From Candidatus Pollutiaquabacter aromativorans (GTDB taxonomy: Bacteria > Bacteroidota > Bacteroidia > AKYH767-A > 2013-40CM-41-45): DNA of 64,000 nucleotides. Both the position numbers and the translations under genes were made by a program. The stretch spans positions 2,921,549 to 2,985,548 of the forward strand of contig CP185379.1 in assembly GCA_049177215.1 (NCBI GenBank), written 5' to 3'. The stretch's first letter is position 1, and each line of letters starts with the position of its first letter. Below, in pieces: positions 46,364 through 56,398 of the stretch. The notes below the pieces were generated by a model. That model had not been told where the DNA came from. It saw nothing but the letters and a program-made list of their open reading frames with translations, and made no database searches.

Positions 46364-49300
46364 GCGGATTCGGATTCGTCGCCGGCCGTTACCCGATCAT
46401 GCCGCTTGCCGGTGATGACGAGGTAAAGCGACGGAATTACGAAGAGGGTCAGTACAAGCGAGAACAGCAGGCCGCCGACGATGACAATCCCGAGTGGGAT
46501 GCGGCTGGTGGCGGCGGCGCCCAGGCTGAGCGCGATCGGCAATGCACCGAGCGCCGTGGCCAGGCTGGTCATGAGAATCGGGCGGAGGCGATGCGAGGCT
46601 GCTTCCAGCACCGCTTCCCGCAAAGGCAAACCCGACGCTCGCTTTTGGTTCGCGAATTCAACGATGAGGATGCCGTTCTTCGTCACCAGGCCGATGAGCA
46701 TGATCATGCCGATCTGCGAGAAGATGTTGAGCGTCTGACCGAAGATCCACAAGCTCAGCAAGGCTCCGGCAAGCGCCAGCGGCACGGTGATCATGATCGT
46801 CAGCGGATCACGGAAACTCTCGAATTGCGCCGCGAGGATCAGGTAGATCAGCAAGAGGGCCAGCAGAAACGCGAAGAGGATGTTCGAAGAACTTTCCGCG
46901 AAGTCGCGCGAAGGACCACTGAGTGATGTCTGAAACGATTCGTCCAGCAAGGTATCCGCGATCCCGCGCATCACTTCAACGCCGTCTCCGATCGTCTTCC
47001 CTTCCGCGAGGGATGCCGAAACGGTAGCCGATTTGAATCGATTGAAATGATACAAGGTAGGCGGGCTGGCGGAAGGTTTCATCATCACCAAAGATGCCAT
47101 GGAAACCATTTCGCCGGCGGGCGTGCGAACATACAAGTCGGTGATGTCGGCAGGCTTCTGTCGATCAGAAAGATCCACCTGGGAATAAACCGAATACTGC
47201 TTCCCGTTCATCGTGAAATACGCGATGCGCCGGCCGGAAAATGCCGACTGGATCACCGTGGAGATATCGCTGACCGTCAGTCCCAACTCGCGCGCCTTGA
47301 TCCGGTCGATCTCGATGTTCATCTCCGGTCGGTTGAACTTGAGGTTCACGTCCACGTTCTGGAAGGTCTTGTTCGCGCGGGCTGCTTCGAGGAAACGAGG
47401 CAACACGCTTTTGATCTTGTCGAAGTCGAGGTTCTGCAAAACGAATTGTACCGGCAACGAACCGCGGGACCCAAGGCCGACGGAGATGGTTTGTTCTTCG
47501 ATCGGGAAGATGCGCAGGTTGTTGAACCGCGTGGCCTTTTTGGCCAGGTCGCGTGCGATCTCCGATTGCGAACGCTCGCGCTGATCCGGTGGCACCAATG
47601 CGGCACGGCCGAAACCTGAATTGATGCTGGTGCCGAAGAAGCTGGGCACTGCGAGGAAAGCGAACTCCTTTTCCTTCAACGAATCAATCAGGAAGTTGCC
47701 GAACTCCTCGCCCGCCTGCGACATGAAACCATAGCTCGCTCCTTCGGGACCGCTGATGGAAAAACGGATGCTGCTTTTGTCCTCCAGCGGCGCCAGCTCG
47801 CTTTGCAGGCTGCGGCCGATGAAGAAGATCAACGCAAGGCAAGCCAGCACGATGCCAACGGCCAGCCAGCGACGGTGCAGGAAACGGTCGAGGCGGCGGC
47901 GATAGCCGGACTCCATCGCCCGAAAGAATGGTTCGGTCCGCTCGTAAAACTTACCGTGACCTTTGTCCTTACTCTGCAAGAGTACATTGAGTACCGGAGT
48001 AATGGTCAGTGAAACGAACGCCGAGATCAAGACGGCCCCGGCCACGACGATGCCGAACTCGCGGAAGAGACTGCCGACAAAGCCCTCGAGGAAGATCACC
48101 GGCAGAAACACGATCGCCAGCGTAGCGGACGTAGAGACCACCGCGAAGAAGATCTCCTTCGATCCTTCCCGGGCGGCCTGCCGGATGGGCATCCCCTGCT
48201 CCAGCTTTCGGAAGATGTTCTCCGTGACCACGATCCCGTCATCTACAACGAGTCCGGTGGCCAGTACGATTCCCAGCAAGGTGAGGATGTTGATCGAGAA
48301 GCCTGCCAGGTACATGATGAAGAAGGTCGCGATGAGCGAGATCGGAATATCGATCAGCGGTCGCAGGGCGATCTTCCAGTTACGGAAGAAGAAAAAGATG
48401 ACGAGCACGACCAGGGAGAACGCGATCAGCAGCGTCTCTTCCACTTCGAGCAGGGAGCGTCGAACGTTTCGCGTACTGTCGATCAGTGTACTCAATTGAA
48501 TATCGGTGGCATTGCCTTTCTGGATCTCCGCCAGTCGCTTGTAATATTCGTCCGCGATCTTGATGTAGTTGGCGCCGGGCTGCGGGATGATCGCGAGCCC
48601 CACGCCGGGCAAGCCATTCAGCTTCCAACTCTGTTCGTATTGCTCCGGGCCCAGCTCGACCCTTGCCACATCTCCCAGGCGGACGATGCCGTCGGCGTCT
48701 TCGCGCAATACCAGTTGCCGAAACTCCTCTTCGGTACGCAGTCGTCCCATCGCACGAATAGTCAGTTCCGTCTGATTGCCGTACACCTTACCGGAGGGCG
48801 TTTCGACATTCTCCGCGTTCAATACCCGCGTAACGTCGTTGAACGCCAGGTTGAACGCGTTCAGGCGGTTCGGATCGATCCAGATGCGCATGGAAGGACG
48901 CTTCTGTCCGAAGATGTTCACGCCGCTGACATCCGGGATCGTCTGGAACTTGTTCTGCAGGACGTTCTCGGCATAGTCGCTGAGTTCCAGCAAGCCTTTC
49001 GTCTGGCTCTGCAAGGCGAGCAGAATGATGAAATCCGAATTCGCGTCGGCTTTGGTGACGACCGGAGGCGCGTCGATGTCTTGCGGAAGATTGCGCACCG
49101 CCTGGCTCACCTTGTCGCGTACATCGTTCGCGGCGGCTTCGAGTTCGGCATCGAGGTTGAACTCGACCGAGATGTTCGAGTTGCCGGTTGAACTGGTCGA
49201 CGAGATCGTCCGAATTCCCGGAATACCGTTGATCGCTTTCTCCAGCGGCTCGGTGATCTGACTCTCGACAATGTCGGCACTCGCGCCGGCATAACTGGTC

Positions 49301-49443
49301 GATACGGTGATCGTCGGCGGATCGATGGCGGGATACTCACGCACCCCGAGGAAGGTCATTCCGATGATGCCGAACAGGATGATGACCAGGTTCATCACCG
49401 TGGCCAGTACCGGTCGTCGCAGGGAAAGCTCGGAAATATTCAT
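46360..49443 (-). CDS. RND family efflux permease (AcrB/CzcA-like)
   Basis: The protein is 1027 aa with 12 TM helices. The N-terminus reads MNISELSLRRPVLATVMNLVIILFGI. Confidence 0.9.
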   Translation of the reverse strand: MNISELSLRRPVLATVMNLVIILFGIIGMTFLGVREYPAIDPPTITVSTSYAGASADIVESQITEPLEKAINGIPGIRTISSTSSTGNSNISVEFNLDAELEAAANDVRDKVSQAVRNLPQDIDAPPVVTKADANSDFIILLALQSQTKGLLELSDYAENVLQNKFQTIPDVSGVNIFGQKRPSMRIWIDPNRLNAFNLAFNDVTRVLNAENVETPSGKVYGNQTELTIRAMGRLRTEEEFRQLVLREDADGIVRLGDVARVELGPEQYEQSWKLNGLPGVGLAIIPQPGANYIKIADEYYKRLAEIQKGNATDIQLSTLIDSTRNVRRSLLEVEETLLIAFSLVVLVIFFFFRNWKIALRPLIDIPISLIATFFIMYLAGFSINILTLLGIVLATGLVVDDGIVVTENIFRKLEQGMPIRQAAREGSKEIFFAVVSTSATLAIVFLPVIFLEGFVGSLFREFGIVVAGAVLISAFVSLTITPVLNVLLQSKDKGHGKFYERTEPFFRAMESGYRRRLDRFLHRRWLAVGIVLACLALIFFIGRSLQSELAPLEDKSSIRFSISGPEGASYGFMSQAGEEFGNFLIDSLKEKEFAFLAVPSFFGTSINSGFGRAALVPPDQRERSQSEIARDLAKKATRFNNLRIFPIEEQTISVGLGSRGSLPVQFVLQNLDFDKIKSVLPRFLEAARANKTFQNVDVNLKFNRPEMNIEIDRIKARELGLTVSDISTVIQSAFSGRRIAYFTMNGKQYSVYSQVDLSDRQKPADITDLYVRTPAGEMVSMASLVMMKPSASPPTLYHFNRFKSATVSASLAEGKTIGDGVEVMRGIADTLLDESFQTSLSGPSRDFAESSSNILFAFLLALLLIYLILAAQFESFRDPLTIMITVPLALAGALLSLWIFGQTLNIFSQIGMIMLIGLVTKNGILIVEFANQKRASGLPLREAVLEAASHRLRPILMTSLATALGALPIALSLGAAATSRIPLGIVIVGGLLFSLVLTLFVIPSLYLVITGKRHDRVTAGDESESA

Positions 49444-49461
49444 AGGCTTCGCGGCGAAAGA

Positions 49462-50502
49462 TCAGGATGCGGTGAAAGAAGAACGGGTACGAACGCCGCG
49501 GACTTTGACCGGCGCATTGGGTCGCACGAACAATACACCGGTAACGACCACGGAATCACCCGGCGTCAGTCCTTCGGTGATCTCCACGAAATCAGGGGTA
49601 CGCACGCCGGTTTTAACATTCACGAATTTGCCTTTCCCTTCCCGTACCAACACCACCTTACTGGACAGAGCGTCGGGAATGATGGAAGCCGTGGGAACCA
49701 GGATCCCGTCGGCCGACTGGCGCAGCCGGACCTTTACAAAGGAGCCGGGAACGAGGTCATTCCCTTGCAGCACCGCGCGCACTTTGATGTTACGCGTATT
49801 GGCATTCACCAGCGGTTCGATGGCCGAGACACTGGCGGTGCTGGAGTTACCGTTCATGTCTTCGAGAAATACCGACATGCCCTTCTTCAGGTTGCGGCCG
49901 TATGTTTCCGGAACAGCGAAATCGACTTTGATACGATCGGTCGCCTGCAGGGTTGTGAGCAGGGTTGCCGGCGTGACGTAGGCACCGGGGCTGACTTGTC
50001 GCAAGCCCAGGCGACCGGCGAACGGAGCGCGGATCTCTGTTTTGTCCAATTGTGCCTGTGTGACCTTTACCGCAGCGTCAAGCGATGCAACCTGGCTGGT
50101 TGCCGCGTCGATGTCGGCCTGGTTGACGCCATTGATCGACAGCAACTGATTCAACCGCGCCAGGTTCTTTTGCGCGAGTTCGAGTTGAACCTCCTGTTGC
50201 CGCAACTGGGCGCGCAATTCGGCGTCGTTGACACGTGCCAGCAATGCGCCTTTGCTCACCACTGCACCGTCCTCCATCTCCAGGGCGATGATGCGGCCAC
50301 TGGTTTCCGGACGCAACTCGACGGACTCTTGCGCCAATACGGTTCCGTTGACCTCGATATCCTGCGGAACGGTATCCATCCCGGCGATCATCACATCGAC
50401 AGCCGCCGGCGCAGGACCACCTGCTCCTGCCGGAGGGCCGGATTGTTTACACGAACTGAAGATCAGGATGGAAAGCGGGAGGAATAAAAACCGGTAACGC
50501 AT
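49462..50502 (-). CDS. RND efflux periplasmic adaptor (membrane fusion protein)
   Basis: The lipobox is FSSC. The coiled-coil hairpin and beta-barrel regions are typical of the HlyD/AcrA family. Confidence 0.8.
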   Translation of the reverse strand: MRYRFLFLPLSILIFSSCKQSGPPAGAGGPAPAAVDVMIAGMDTVPQDIEVNGTVLAQESVELRPETSGRIIALEMEDGAVVSKGALLARVNDAELRAQLRQQEVQLELAQKNLARLNQLLSINGVNQADIDAATSQVASLDAAVKVTQAQLDKTEIRAPFAGRLGLRQVSPGAYVTPATLLTTLQATDRIKVDFAVPETYGRNLKKGMSVFLEDMNGNSSTASVSAIEPLVNANTRNIKVRAVLQGNDLVPGSFVKVRLRQSADGILVPTASIIPDALSSKVVLVREGKGKFVNVKTGVRTPDFVEITEGLTPGDSVVVTGVLFVRPNAPVKVRGVRTRSSFTAS

Positions 50503-50703
50503 GCGAGGAACGGATGAGGCTCAAAGGTAACAAAAACAGAGGCGCATGGTTTGACCGTACGGGTCCTGAGTTTACACGCTTCATCAGAAATTTAGGAATA
50601 CGAACATCATCGGAAGATAATCCATTCTTTCCTCCCTGACTTGTGGATAATTGCAAAGCCGACACGCATGCAGGTCTTGCAGCGACCGGTAATTTGCACA
50701 CGC

Positions 50704-51810
50704 ATGCCGAAGATCCGTTCCATCACGCTCTATGCGGCCCGTATCCCGCTTGTCGACCCCTTCATCATCTCCCTCGGCATGCTCGATCATGCGGAAAACG
50801 TCGTGGTCAGGATCGAAGCGGACGCGCTGACCGGATTCGGCGAATGCAGTCCTTTCCGCACCATTCACGGCGAGACGCAGGCCGGCTGCATGAGTGTCGG
50901 AAAAGAAATCGCGAAAGTATTGCTTGGCGCCGATGCAAGTAATCCGGTCGACTGTCTTTCGCGCATGGATAAACTCATCTTCGGCAATGCCTGCATCAAG
51001 AGCGCGTTCGATATGGCCATCCACGATCTGGCGGCGCAAGCTGCCGGATTACCGTTATGGCAATACCTCGGTGGAAAAGCCGGCGAGGAGCTCTTTACGG
51101 ATTACACGGTCAGCATCGGTCCGGTGGACCGGATGGTGAAGGATGCCGTATCGATCCGGGAACGCGGATTTCCGGTGGTGAAAGTGAAACTTGGCGAGCA
51201 CGCAGCGGCAGACATCCAACGGATGCGCGCGATCCGAGCAGCGATCGGCAACGATCTTCCCGTTCGCATCGACGCGAATCAGGGGTGGACAAAAAGCGAT
51301 GCCATCGAAGCGTTGCAACAAATGGAGTCGCTGAACATCCAGCATTGCGAAGAGCCCGTCTCACGTCGTGCCTTCTTCGAGCTGCCCGAGATCCGGAAAA
51401 ACGCTCCGATCCCGATCATGGCCGATGAGTCCTGTTGCGACGAGTATGACGCGCAAAATCTGTTAGCCCTGCAAGCGGTCGATAGTTTTAACATCAAGCT
51501 GAGTAAATCCTCGGGGCTTATCCGGGCGCGACGCATCGCGGTACTGGCGGAGCAGGCCGGGATGCGCCTGCAACTCGGTGGGTTTCTGGAGTCGCGCCTG
51601 GGCTTCACCGCCGCAGCACACTTCGCCTGGACGCTGCAAGAGACGCCGTATGTCGACTTCGACACCCCGCTGATGTTGTCGGCCGATCCGGTGGATGGCG
51701 GGATGCTGTATGGCCCGGGCGGCCGTATCCGGCTTCCGGAAGGTCCCGGGCTGGGGGCCGCCGTGGACGCGGCTTTCCTGCAGTCCTGCCCCCGGGAAGA
51801 GGTCCGCTGA
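50704..51810 (+). CDS. enolase-superfamily racemase/epimerase (L-Ala-D/L-Glu epimerase/MLE subgroup)
   Basis: The sequence KVKLG carries the catalytic Lys. The metal ligands are in IDANQGW, HCEEP and MADES. The second catalytic K is in KLSKSSG. Confidence 0.7.
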   Translation: MPKIRSITLYAARIPLVDPFIISLGMLDHAENVVVRIEADALTGFGECSPFRTIHGETQAGCMSVGKEIAKVLLGADASNPVDCLSRMDKLIFGNACIKSAFDMAIHDLAAQAAGLPLWQYLGGKAGEELFTDYTVSIGPVDRMVKDAVSIRERGFPVVKVKLGEHAAADIQRMRAIRAAIGNDLPVRIDANQGWTKSDAIEALQQMESLNIQHCEEPVSRRAFFELPEIRKNAPIPIMADESCCDEYDAQNLLALQAVDSFNIKLSKSSGLIRARRIAVLAEQAGMRLQLGGFLESRLGFTAAAHFAWTLQETPYVDFDTPLMLSADPVDGGMLYGPGGRIRLPEGPGLGAAVDAAFLQSCPREEVR

Positions 51811-51855
51811 GCCGCATTTCGGGCCTGTCCCGGCATTTCGTACCTTTCGCTCAGG

Positions 51856-52239
51856 ATGAAACAATCGGTCTATATCGTCGACGACGATCCCCTCTTCGCG
51901 CAGATGCTCCACGATCATATCACTGCCGATGGCATGCGAAAAGTGCGCGTATTCCATTCCGGTGAAGAGTGCCTGCAACATCTTTTCGAGAAGCCAAACA
52001 CGATCATCCTCGATTACCACCTGGACTCGGTACAAAAATCCGCCGCCAACGGACTTGCCATCCTTGAAAAGATCCGCAAGCACGACCGGAATGTCCACAT
52101 CATCGTCCTCAGTAGCCAGACCCGCTACGCGGTCGCCGCGGAAACCATCGCGAAAGGCGCCGAACAGTATGTCATCAAAGACGACGAGGCCTTTTCGAAG
52201 ATCGATGCCATGCTGCAGGAATTCGCGCGGGAAGACTGA
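51856..52239 (+). CDS. single-domain response regulator (CheY-like receiver)
   Basis: The acidic pocket is in VYIVDDDPL. The phospho-acceptor Asp is in ILDYHLD. Confidence 0.7.
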   Translation: MKQSVYIVDDDPLFAQMLHDHITADGMRKVRVFHSGEECLQHLFEKPNTIILDYHLDSVQKSAANGLAILEKIRKHDRNVHIIVLSSQTRYAVAAETIAKGAEQYVIKDDEAFSKIDAMLQEFARED

Positions 52240-52314
52240 TACCCGCTTCCCGACTTCACCAACTTTAGGATTCCCTTAACGCGGAAGGCCTTTCATTCGC
52301 CCTATACTAGCGAA

Positions 52315-53790
52315 ATGAAACACGGCTTCTCCACACTCGTCCTGCTGCTTTCCCTTCTCTTCAACGCAACCGCCGGCGAACCGGTATTGGTTGGCGACAC
52401 AGCCGTACGCATCGACCAGTGGCTGCAGCAACTGGAAAAAGAAAAGCACTTCTCCGGCGGGGTGCTCGTGATGAGCAAAGGGGCGACCATCCTCCGAAAA
52501 GGCTACGGATGGGCGAACCAGGCGCAGCGCATTCCATTCGACGAGCGGACACTGGCCTGTATGGGCTCCATCACTAAAACTTTCACCGCCATGGCGGTCC
52601 TGAAACTGGAGGAGCAGGGAAAACTGAAGGTGACGGACACGCTGGGAAAATTCTTTTCAAAGGTTCCTTCCGATAAATCCGGCATTACCCTGCACCAGTT
52701 GATGACGCATTCCGGAGGTTTTGCGGAGATCTTTGAAAACGATGGAGGAGATTACGCAAAGCTGACCAAGGAAGAATTTCTACAGCGCGCCTTTCGCGAA
52801 CCCTTGATGTACCAACCGGGTAGTCGTTCCCTGTACTCCAATGTAGGCATGAGCGTGGCAGCCGCGGTGATCGAGGAAGTCAGTCACCAGTCGTTTGAAT
52901 CGTTTGTCAGAGATGAACTGCTCCAACCGATCGGCATCGGGGACATCGCGTACGATTATCCCGACAGTGAAACGCGTCGCATCGCTCACGGCTACGACCA
53001 AGGCACGGACTGGGGAACGCTGATGGACCGTTACCGGGAATTCGGAGGACCTTACTGGAATCTTTACGGCAACGGCGGGTTCTATGCATCCATCAGCGCG
53101 ATGGAAACCTTCCTGCGCGCCATCCTGGATGAAAAGATCCTAACGCCTGCCGCGATTGCCAAACAACAGACGAAGCATATCGAAGAATGGGACACTGAAG
53201 GCCGATCGTTCTTCGGCTATGGTTGCGCCCTGGGACAATCGCGCCGGGGAACGCCGGTGATCCAGAATGGCGGCAGCAACGGCATCTACTTTGCCGACAT
53301 GCTGATCTATCCGAAAGACGATGTTGCCTTGTATGTCGTAACCAATGACAACCGGATGATCGCCAACCGCATAATGGCAGGCATTACCCAACTGGTGTTC
53401 CTGGGTAAGATCGAGCAGGACCCGCTCGTGGTGCAAGCGCGCTTTGAGAGCCCGCTCGCGGAAGCGATGTACGATGCGATTGGGAAGCGCGGAGCAGCAG
53501 AATTCCGCAAGAACGGAAACGGACTGATCGACTCACTGGGCGTGGGTGACAACGACATGATTCTCCTGGAAGTCGGGCAGCAGCTATCGCGGGAAAATCG
53601 CCGGGAAGAAACGATCGCGTTGTATGAGCTCTATACGCAACGCTACCCGTCCATCGTCGTTGCCTGGAATGACCTGGGAGACGCTTATCGGGCCGTCGGT
53701 CGAAAAACGGACGCCCGCCGATGCTATGAACAAGCCTTGAAACTGCGTCCGGGAAACCCCCGTGCTACGGAAGCGCTGAAATTGCTCTAA
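52315..53790 (+). CDS. serine hydrolase of the beta-lactamase family with a C-terminal TPR-like region
   Basis: A signal peptide is present. The SxxK motif is GSITKTF. The C-terminus has TPR-like helices. Confidence 0.65.
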   Translation: MKHGFSTLVLLLSLLFNATAGEPVLVGDTAVRIDQWLQQLEKEKHFSGGVLVMSKGATILRKGYGWANQAQRIPFDERTLACMGSITKTFTAMAVLKLEEQGKLKVTDTLGKFFSKVPSDKSGITLHQLMTHSGGFAEIFENDGGDYAKLTKEEFLQRAFREPLMYQPGSRSLYSNVGMSVAAAVIEEVSHQSFESFVRDELLQPIGIGDIAYDYPDSETRRIAHGYDQGTDWGTLMDRYREFGGPYWNLYGNGGFYASISAMETFLRAILDEKILTPAAIAKQQTKHIEEWDTEGRSFFGYGCALGQSRRGTPVIQNGGSNGIYFADMLIYPKDDVALYVVTNDNRMIANRIMAGITQLVFLGKIEQDPLVVQARFESPLAEAMYDAIGKRGAAEFRKNGNGLIDSLGVGDNDMILLEVGQQLSRENRREETIALYELYTQRYPSIVVAWNDLGDAYRAVGRKTDARRCYEQALKLRPGNPRATEALKLL

Positions 53791-54035
53791 AAAACGGAGT
53801 GTTTCCCGGTAAAAAACACATTCGAAATCTCATTTCGAATTGCCCTTCCTGTTGACCCGATTCATATAGAAGCCAAACTCTGTATCTAACATCGCATCCT
53901 CGGAAACACGAGTACTAGCAAGGGTTTCACGGACATCAACCCGATGTTCTCCCGGATGGATGAGTGAATATCCGTAGTACGCGACAAATCCGAGATCGCT
54001 GGCTTAATTAACCGACTAAACAGGAAACAAAGAAA

Positions 54036-55037
54036 ATGGCAAAGAAGTGGAACGTTCAGGGACTGTATCTCGCTCCGATCTTTTTACTGGCAAGTCTTAC
54101 ACTTTTCCTTACATCGTGTCAAAAGGAAGACCTGCTGACCGAATCCAATACTGCGGCAAGAATGGCTTCAACGTCATCCCCGACGCAAGTTCAAGTCCTG
54201 CCTGAATTGTTCGGATTTTATACTCATCCGAACAATCTGACCATCGGAAATGCCGCCAGTGAAGACAATGTCCTGAATTACCTGCGGAATAAAGGTGGCA
54301 ACATGCTGAATTGTTACGCGCGCAATTCCATGGCCACTGCTACGGAAAGAGCCAAGTTCGCCGCCTTTTGCCGCAAGGCTGTCAGCACGTACGGCATTCG
54401 ATTGATCACCTGCGACATCCGGGAGACGACCGAGCTTCCTACCTGGGATGCTTTGTACACCGCTTATCCTGATCTGCGAACCGTGGTTGCTCCGCTTACC
54501 GAAAAAGAGCCGTGGGTTACGAATGATTATGCCGGCTGTTTCTCGCTGTTACGATTGACCAAGGCGATGTGCAATCGCTATGGCGCCAAATTCTATTTCT
54601 ACGAGGGTTGGATGGGGAAGAATTATTCCAATCCCCAGGCGGCAGTAGATTCCATGGTGTACTATTGTGACGGTATATTCCTGTCGAACTACGTCAGCAC
54701 GGCAGACTATCTCTCAACCGCGCCGGGTTATGGCAAGTGGGACAACAGGATCAAGTACCGACTCGATCAGGGATCTTCCACTTACGGCGGGATTACCAAG
54801 GCAGCCAAGAAGTTCAACAAGCTCGATTATCCGATCATCGAACTGCAATCACTCCAACAGTCGTTCCTTTTCTCGATCTATGCTACCACGGGATCTTATC
54901 GGTCCTTTTATGGAGGCTTGTATAACGACGCGAAATCGCTTTACAATGCATCAAATTCAGACGTCTTAAAGTACACCGAGCTCAGAGGTAAGAGTTTGTT
55001 TTATCACCCGTACGTACTGCAAGCACAGCCGAATTGA
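54036..55037 (+). CDS. hypothetical lipoprotein
   Basis: The lipobox LFLTSC is present. The length is 333 aa. Confidence 0.5.
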   Translation: MAKKWNVQGLYLAPIFLLASLTLFLTSCQKEDLLTESNTAARMASTSSPTQVQVLPELFGFYTHPNNLTIGNAASEDNVLNYLRNKGGNMLNCYARNSMATATERAKFAAFCRKAVSTYGIRLITCDIRETTELPTWDALYTAYPDLRTVVAPLTEKEPWVTNDYAGCFSLLRLTKAMCNRYGAKFYFYEGWMGKNYSNPQAAVDSMVYYCDGIFLSNYVSTADYLSTAPGYGKWDNRIKYRLDQGSSTYGGITKAAKKFNKLDYPIIELQSLQQSFLFSIYATTGSYRSFYGGLYNDAKSLYNASNSDVLKYTELRGKSLFYHPYVLQAQPN

Positions 55038-55092
55038 TTCGGAGTGTACCAGGACGGATCCGAAGATTCATCTTCATCGTCTGTAGTTTTAA

Positions 55093-55140
55093 GACCGGGT
55101 GGATGTTTCCAATAGCTGGAAACATCCACCCGGTTCTTTT
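55093..55140. terminator. rho-independent terminator with a perfect 17-bp stem
   Basis: The hairpin is ACCGGGTGGATGTTTCCaatagctGGAAACATCCACCCGGTtctttt. Confidence 0.7.
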
Positions 55141-55255
55141 CTACATGCAAGCAGCCGGTTTTTAACGGGGATTCATGCGCTACCGTTACCCTAGATGACT
55201 TTTAGCATATCCGGCCCTTGCCGGCTGCCGTACATTTGCATTAGTAAAATACACT

Positions 55256-55468
55256 ATGAAATCCCGTTCCGACCTCGTCAAAGCCATAACACGTACGCGC
55301 GATCTGATCAAGATCACGACACAGGAAGTAGGCGAGCTATATCTTGAGTACCTGGAAACCCGTACCGAGCCCTTGCTCGAAACCGCACGACAGAAAGCCG
55401 TTTTCATCGGACAACTCAAAACCCGGGTTACCGAATTGGAGAACGCGTTCCTGACGGCCGATCATTGA
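55256..55468 (+). CDS. small hypothetical protein (70 aa)
   Basis: The ORF has coherent codon usage. Confidence 0.35.
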   Translation: MKSRSDLVKAITRTRDLIKITTQEVGELYLEYLETRTEPLLETARQKAVFIGQLKTRVTELENAFLTADH

Positions 55469-55625
55469 TTCAGGGTTTTAATTGGTTAAAGGTTTTTCGT
55501 GATAACACATTTTCGTTATCGTTTTTCCTCTGTGCGCACTTTGTGTCCTGCGTGGTTAAGTCCCTGATGAATCTTTGCTTCGATCAGCTAACGATTTACT
55601 CGGTTCCTTTTAGGAAATTCGTGGC

Positions 55626-56304
55626 GTGAAAGCACCACACCCCGCCCTTTCCCGACTGGCCACCATCTATCGATCTTCCGGCGATGCCGTCGTAGCCGCA
55701 GGCATGTCGGCTTACATGAAAGGATTATTCCCCTTTGCCGGCATCAAGAAGCCGCAACGGGCGGAATTGTCGAAGCCGTTTTTTACCGAGCTGAAGAACC
55801 TGGATGCCGACACGATGCGGGCTTCGGTGCGCTGGCTGTGGAAACAACCCGAACGCGAGTTCCAGTACTTCGCGATGGAGTTGTTGTGGAAGCATAAGAA
55901 GACCTGGGACGACGGGTATCTCGACCTCTTCGAAGAACTCGTGCTGACGAAGTCGTGGTGGGACACGGTCGACTTCATCGCGGCCACGCTGGTCGGGCAT
56001 TTTTTCGCAAAGCACCCGAAGCGCATCGCCGCGACGACGAAGGCCTGGTGCGCTTCCGAAAACATGTGGCTCAACCGGACGGCCATCCTCTTCCAGCTCA
56101 AGTACAAGGACAAGACCGATTTCGCGCTGTTGCAGCGCCTCATCCAGCCGCATCGCGGATCGAAGGAGTTCTTCCACCAGAAGGCGATCGGCTGGAGCCT
56201 TGCGGCAGTACGCCTACACCGACCCGAAGGCGGTCGTTGCTTATGTGAAACGTACCGAGCTGAAGCCTTTGAGCCGGCGGGAGGCGATGAAGCACCTTGC
56301 TTGA
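55626..56304 (+). pseudogene. AlkD-like DNA alkylation repair enzyme (HEAT-like repeats) with a 1-nt frameshift near 56196
   Basis: The body matches the AlkD family up to KAIGW. The expected C-terminus ALRQYAYTDPKAVVAYVKRTELKPLSRREAMKHLA* is intact in the +1 frame and ends at 56302-56304. Confidence 0.65.
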
Positions 56305-56398
56305 GTCACTTGCTTTTCGTTACATTTTACAATAGCACACGGAATACACGGATATCACGGATTTACACGGATCTCGATAGTCTTTAGCGAAGATTAAC

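Noticed and set aside
53797-53840. Two small palindromes after the serine hydrolase gene, GTGTTTcccggtaaaAAACAC and ATTCGAAATctcATTTCGAAT
   Set aside because: They are short and single-copy in this window. They are most simply a weak terminator and a coincidental palindrome, and there is not enough evidence to call an operator.
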